64,000 nt of DNA from Craspedostauros australis (Eukaryota): contig JALAGF010004075.1 in NCBI GenBank assembly GCA_030167865.1, positions 1-64,000 on the forward strand. The letters run 5' to 3'. The notes under the pieces are model-generated. The model saw nothing but the letters and a program-made list of their open reading frames with translations. It ran no database searches and was not told the DNA's origin. Below are positions 60,532-64,000 of the stretch, piece by piece. A program made the position numbers and the translations under genes. Each line of letters opens with the position of its first letter. Position 1 is the stretch's first letter.

Positions 60532-62427
60532 ATGAGCGGAAAGAAGGAAGCACCACCATCCAATGCCAAGCTGGTAAGGCAGATCATACGATAACCGTAG
60601 CATGATGCGATGTGTCATCTGACTCTTTGCGACGCGCTGTTCGGTGACAATGAGATTGCATGGATTGATGCATGTGTTTGACGGGGAGGGCAGACGGAGC
60701 ACAAAGATCTGCGTGCCGCGTGATGATGTCACCAACAAAGTTTGCTCATGGATGCATTTCGAAGTCACGCAAACCAAGTGGCAGCACAATGGACGACGCA
60801 AGGAAACGGAGGTGTATCATAGGCAACATGCAAAGCAAAATAACAGCATCCATTGTCACTTTCGTCGCTTCCCAGGAGGTGCCGCGGATGGTTCCGTCAA
60901 ACAGACGAACACCGGAGGGAGACCACTGCATTCACGACGGTCACATCCCACGGCTTGCGTTCGGATCGGGCAGAATGAATGGGCCCTGCGATGCCAACAA
61001 CATGGATCTCACCAAAATAATTTGCCCTTTCCAACCGCTCTCCTCTCCCTGTCACACCCCTGGCTTGTTTCATTATTCCCTGCCGGTGGCGCTCTCATGT
61101 TGTTGCAACGAATGGATGTCGCTGTGCAATGCAACAAAACCGAACCAAACAACGAACTACGTACGGCGCGAATGATCCGCATGCGACGCGATGGTGATGA
61201 ACAATGGCACACCGCCTCACTTTCAATCTGTGGCAATGCGAACAATGGCGATGGCTGCTGCTTCGGAATCCATGTTTGGTTCATGACAATTGCATTTGCG
61301 ACCATGAAATCGATTCTGGAATTGCAACAAATGCAAATACAATTTCACCCGCACACTCTTTGCTGTGATGTGGTCGTTGTGCACACGACGACACCATTTG
61401 GAATGTCGACATCGCACACAACAACTCACGATGGAAAATGAAACAACGAATGAACCGACCAACCCATCACGTACAACAGGCTGCCCTCGTTGTCTGCTGG
61501 TACGCAGGCAACACCTTCTACAACATCTTCAACAAGAAGGCCACCAACATGATCCATGCCCATTGGTTCGTCGCCACCGCCCAGCTGGTTGTCGGAATTG
61601 TCTGGTCCCTCATGATGTGGACGACCGGCCTGCGCAAGATGCCAAACCTCACCGGTGCCGACATCGCTGCCTGCATTCCAATTGGTCTCTTCGCCTCGCT
61701 CGCCCACTCTGGTTCCGTCCTCGCTTCCGCCGTCGGTGCCGTGTCCTTCGCGCAGATCGTGAAGGCCTGCGAACCAGCCTTCGCCGCCGTCATTGGTCTC
61801 TTGCTGCCACCAATCGACGTCAAGCCACTACTTGCGTACGCCATGCTCATCCCAATCGTCGGAGGTGTTGGACTTGCCTGCGTCAAGGAGGGCAAGGGTA
61901 TCGACATCAACGTCGAGGCGTTCCTCTTCGCCTCCATGGCCAACGCATCTGCCGCGCTCAAGGGAAAGATCGGATCCAGCGTCACCAAGAAGCTCAAAGC
62001 CGACCCAAGCAAGAACATGGACGCCGCCAACGTGTACGCAGTCATGAACATCATCTCCTTCTGCTGCTCCGTCCCATTCGTCGTCGTTCAGGAACTCCCA
62101 ACCCTCAAGCAGACCTGGGACGAGGCCGCCGCCGAGCACACCGCCAACGCCATAATGATGAACATCCTCCTCTCCGGATTCTTCTTCTACATCTACAACG
62201 AGTTCGCCTTTGCCTTCACCGCCAGTGTCGGTGCCGTCACATCCTCCGTGCTCAACACCGCCAAGCGCGTCATCATCATCGTCGTTTCCTCCTTCGTGTT
62301 CCAGGAAGCCATGCAGCGCAACACCATCATCGGATCCGCCATCGCCATTTGCGGAACCTTCGCCTACTCGCTCGCCTCGAAAAAGAAGCCAGCACCAAAG
62401 AAGGACGAGAAGGCCAAGACATCGTAA
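60532..62427 (+). CDS. Triose-phosphate/phosphate translocator family protein, copy 2; exons 60532..60573, 61480..62427
   Basis: Same motifs as copy 1. Exon 1 MSGKKEAPPSNAKL; intron 60574..61479 (GTAAGG...CAG) at the same position and phase as in copy 1. Confidence 0.92.
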
Positions 62428-63059
62428 ACTATTATACCATCGTACTCTTTGGTATGGCATAATACCATCGACAAGGATCGTATCAAGCACACCACACTCG
62501 TACTGCTACAAACGTCTCACGCATCAGCCATCTATTATACTATTAGCATAATTCTACACTCTCATAGTACGACAACTCTATCTGTGATGATCTCATTTTG
62601 TGGCACTGCATCCAATTGGTGCTCGCTGGGGAGGGGAGGAGCGACGAGAGGATCTGCCTCCAGTATCTTCAACGTAAACGCCTTCTGCTGTCCCACCTCC
62701 TGCCTCCAATCAAAATAATAAATTGGCGCCACGATGACTGAAACTGTCACCCTTGGCGCAGTCATGACAATCTGAGAAACATACGACTACTCGCACTTCA
62801 TTGTCACTGGTTACATACATCGGTGAAATGACGATTTGCTGCGCGCTCGTACTGGCGTGTACTCAAACGCGGTTATGTTCCACAGCTCCAATCATTCGTT
62901 CGTTGGGTTCGTTGGCGCATCCGTTGATCAATTCAGTTGTTCGATTTTCTATTTTATCGCGCCACGACACGACCGGTTGCGGCGGTTGCAAAAGCAATAA
63001 GTGCCAACGAGGAAAGGGGAACCTCCCTTACTCTATGCAGTAAAACGTTGTGTCAGTTT

Positions 63060-63977
63060 CTACTGGGAGTTTTGCTTGTCGATGGCCGCCTGGAGATCCT
63101 CAATGGACACTGTCTTGCCAGTGTCAGATGTTGGCAGGCACAGCTGGTTGGTGTTGATGGCAAGGGCGAGCTTCTGCAGCTGCTCCGAAAGAGCATTCTT
63201 GCAGGCCCCGCAACCATCATCACCATTGCACGCCTTCACCGGCAGTGTCGACAGTGGCGTGAGCTTTGGTTGCTTGGCCTCCTCCTTCTCTTGCTCGTCC
63301 AACTTCTTCTCCTCATATGATGGACCGGCTTCGCATGGCTTTGGGATGATCTGCCCATCCTCGATGAAGGCCCGAACATCCAACGTAATGTTTCCCGCAT
63401 CGACGCTCTTGGGCAAGCCCAGACGGAACACGGATTCCTGACCTGGCGCCTCGGCCACCGTCACTTCCATGGTGTGGATTCCTCGCCGCACAAGGTGGCT
63501 TTGATCGATGTCGCCGAGAACCGCGCTCCAAAGGTAGATGGACATTTCCTCCGTGGTGGCGTGGACGATCGGCAGGAAGACGCAATCGGCCTTGGGGAAC
63601 AGGAACTTCGCCCCATCCTCACACACCATGGAAACCGTGTCGTCACCCACCGTGATGTCGATAACGTCGGAATGCATGGGGCAGATGACGCGCTCGTTCA
63701 GCCTCTTGCAAGTGCGGATGACAGCCTTCTTGACATCGCCGAAGTCGATAAGGTACCCGTCCTTGGAGATGGTGCGCGATCCCAGCAATCGCACGGAGAT
63801 GAAGTAATTGTGGCCGTGCAGGGCTTCGCGGAATCCCCTGTAGGCGACGAAGTGAGCGGCGTTGAACTTGAAGGTCTGCTTGCACACGTACACCTCGAAG
63901 TTGGTCTTGACGAACTCTGTTCCCCCAGCTTGGGGGCCATCGCCGAGCCTTGCGGAGCTTGCATCGATCATCGTCAT
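63060..63977 (-). CDS. 6-pyruvoyl-tetrahydropterin synthase family protein (PTPS-III type) with C-terminal extension
   Basis: FKFNAAHF, REALHGHNY, GYLIDFGDVK, TTEEMS and VTVAEAPGQ, all PTPS/QueD T-fold motifs. Confidence 0.9.
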   Translation of the reverse strand: MTMIDASSARLGDGPQAGGTEFVKTNFEVYVCKQTFKFNAAHFVAYRGFREALHGHNYFISVRLLGSRTISKDGYLIDFGDVKKAVIRTCKRLNERVICPMHSDVIDITVGDDTVSMVCEDGAKFLFPKADCVFLPIVHATTEEMSIYLWSAVLGDIDQSHLVRRGIHTMEVTVAEAPGQESVFRLGLPKSVDAGNITLDVRAFIEDGQIIPKPCEAGPSYEEKKLDEQEKEEAKQPKLTPLSTLPVKACNGDDGCGACKNALSEQLQKLALAINTNQLCLPTSDTGKTVSIEDLQAAIDKQNSQ

Positions 63978-64000
63978 GGTGAATGTATTTGTTTCTCTGT

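Noticed and set aside
60574-61479. Nested gene in the 906-nt TPT intron (265-aa and 167-aa ORFs)
   Set aside because: No motifs or coding-like composition; it reads as intron sequence.
1-64000. tRNA, rRNA or intact mobile elements
   Set aside because: No cloverleaf, rRNA-conserved block, LTR/TIR pair or RT/integrase/transposase ORF recognised by eye. tRNAscan-SE and Rfam would be needed to exclude them.

Overview
Gene-dense eukaryotic nuclear DNA with GT-AG introns of about 110-910 nt. It is most consistent with a diatom or related ochrophyte, based on bipartite signal-peptide + 'AxA/F' plastid leaders, plastid-type heme oxygenase, TPT-family transporters and a PTPS-III. About 24 protein-coding genes can be built from the sequence: an HSF (5'-truncated), mitochondrial Lon, a ChaC-RCC1 fusion, Derlin, MsrA, a plastid parvulin, dynein intermediate chain, a MED8-like protein, PIG-U, ISN1, SEC62, a SnoaL/NTF2-like protein, LENG8/THP3, ATP synthase gamma, heme oxygenase, DUG1/CNDP2, an MCTP-like C2/C1/PH protein, a SET1-like methyltransferase, two tandem TPT paralogs, a PTPS and several hypothetical proteins. 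The strongest signal missed by the ORF track is a selenoprotein MsrA: its catalytic GCFW motif is encoded as GGA-TGA-TTT-TGG in a small exon 1, and a SECIS-like stem-loop lies about 45 nt after the stop codon. Other points of interest are the ChaC-RCC1 fusion, the Glu-type PTPS-III with a Cys-containing tail, an NHS->NAS SET domain, and an orphan helical protein ending in a PIP box. No rRNA, tRNA, CRISPR array or intact mobile element was recognised. All calls come from reading motifs and splice sites by eye; no database search was run.
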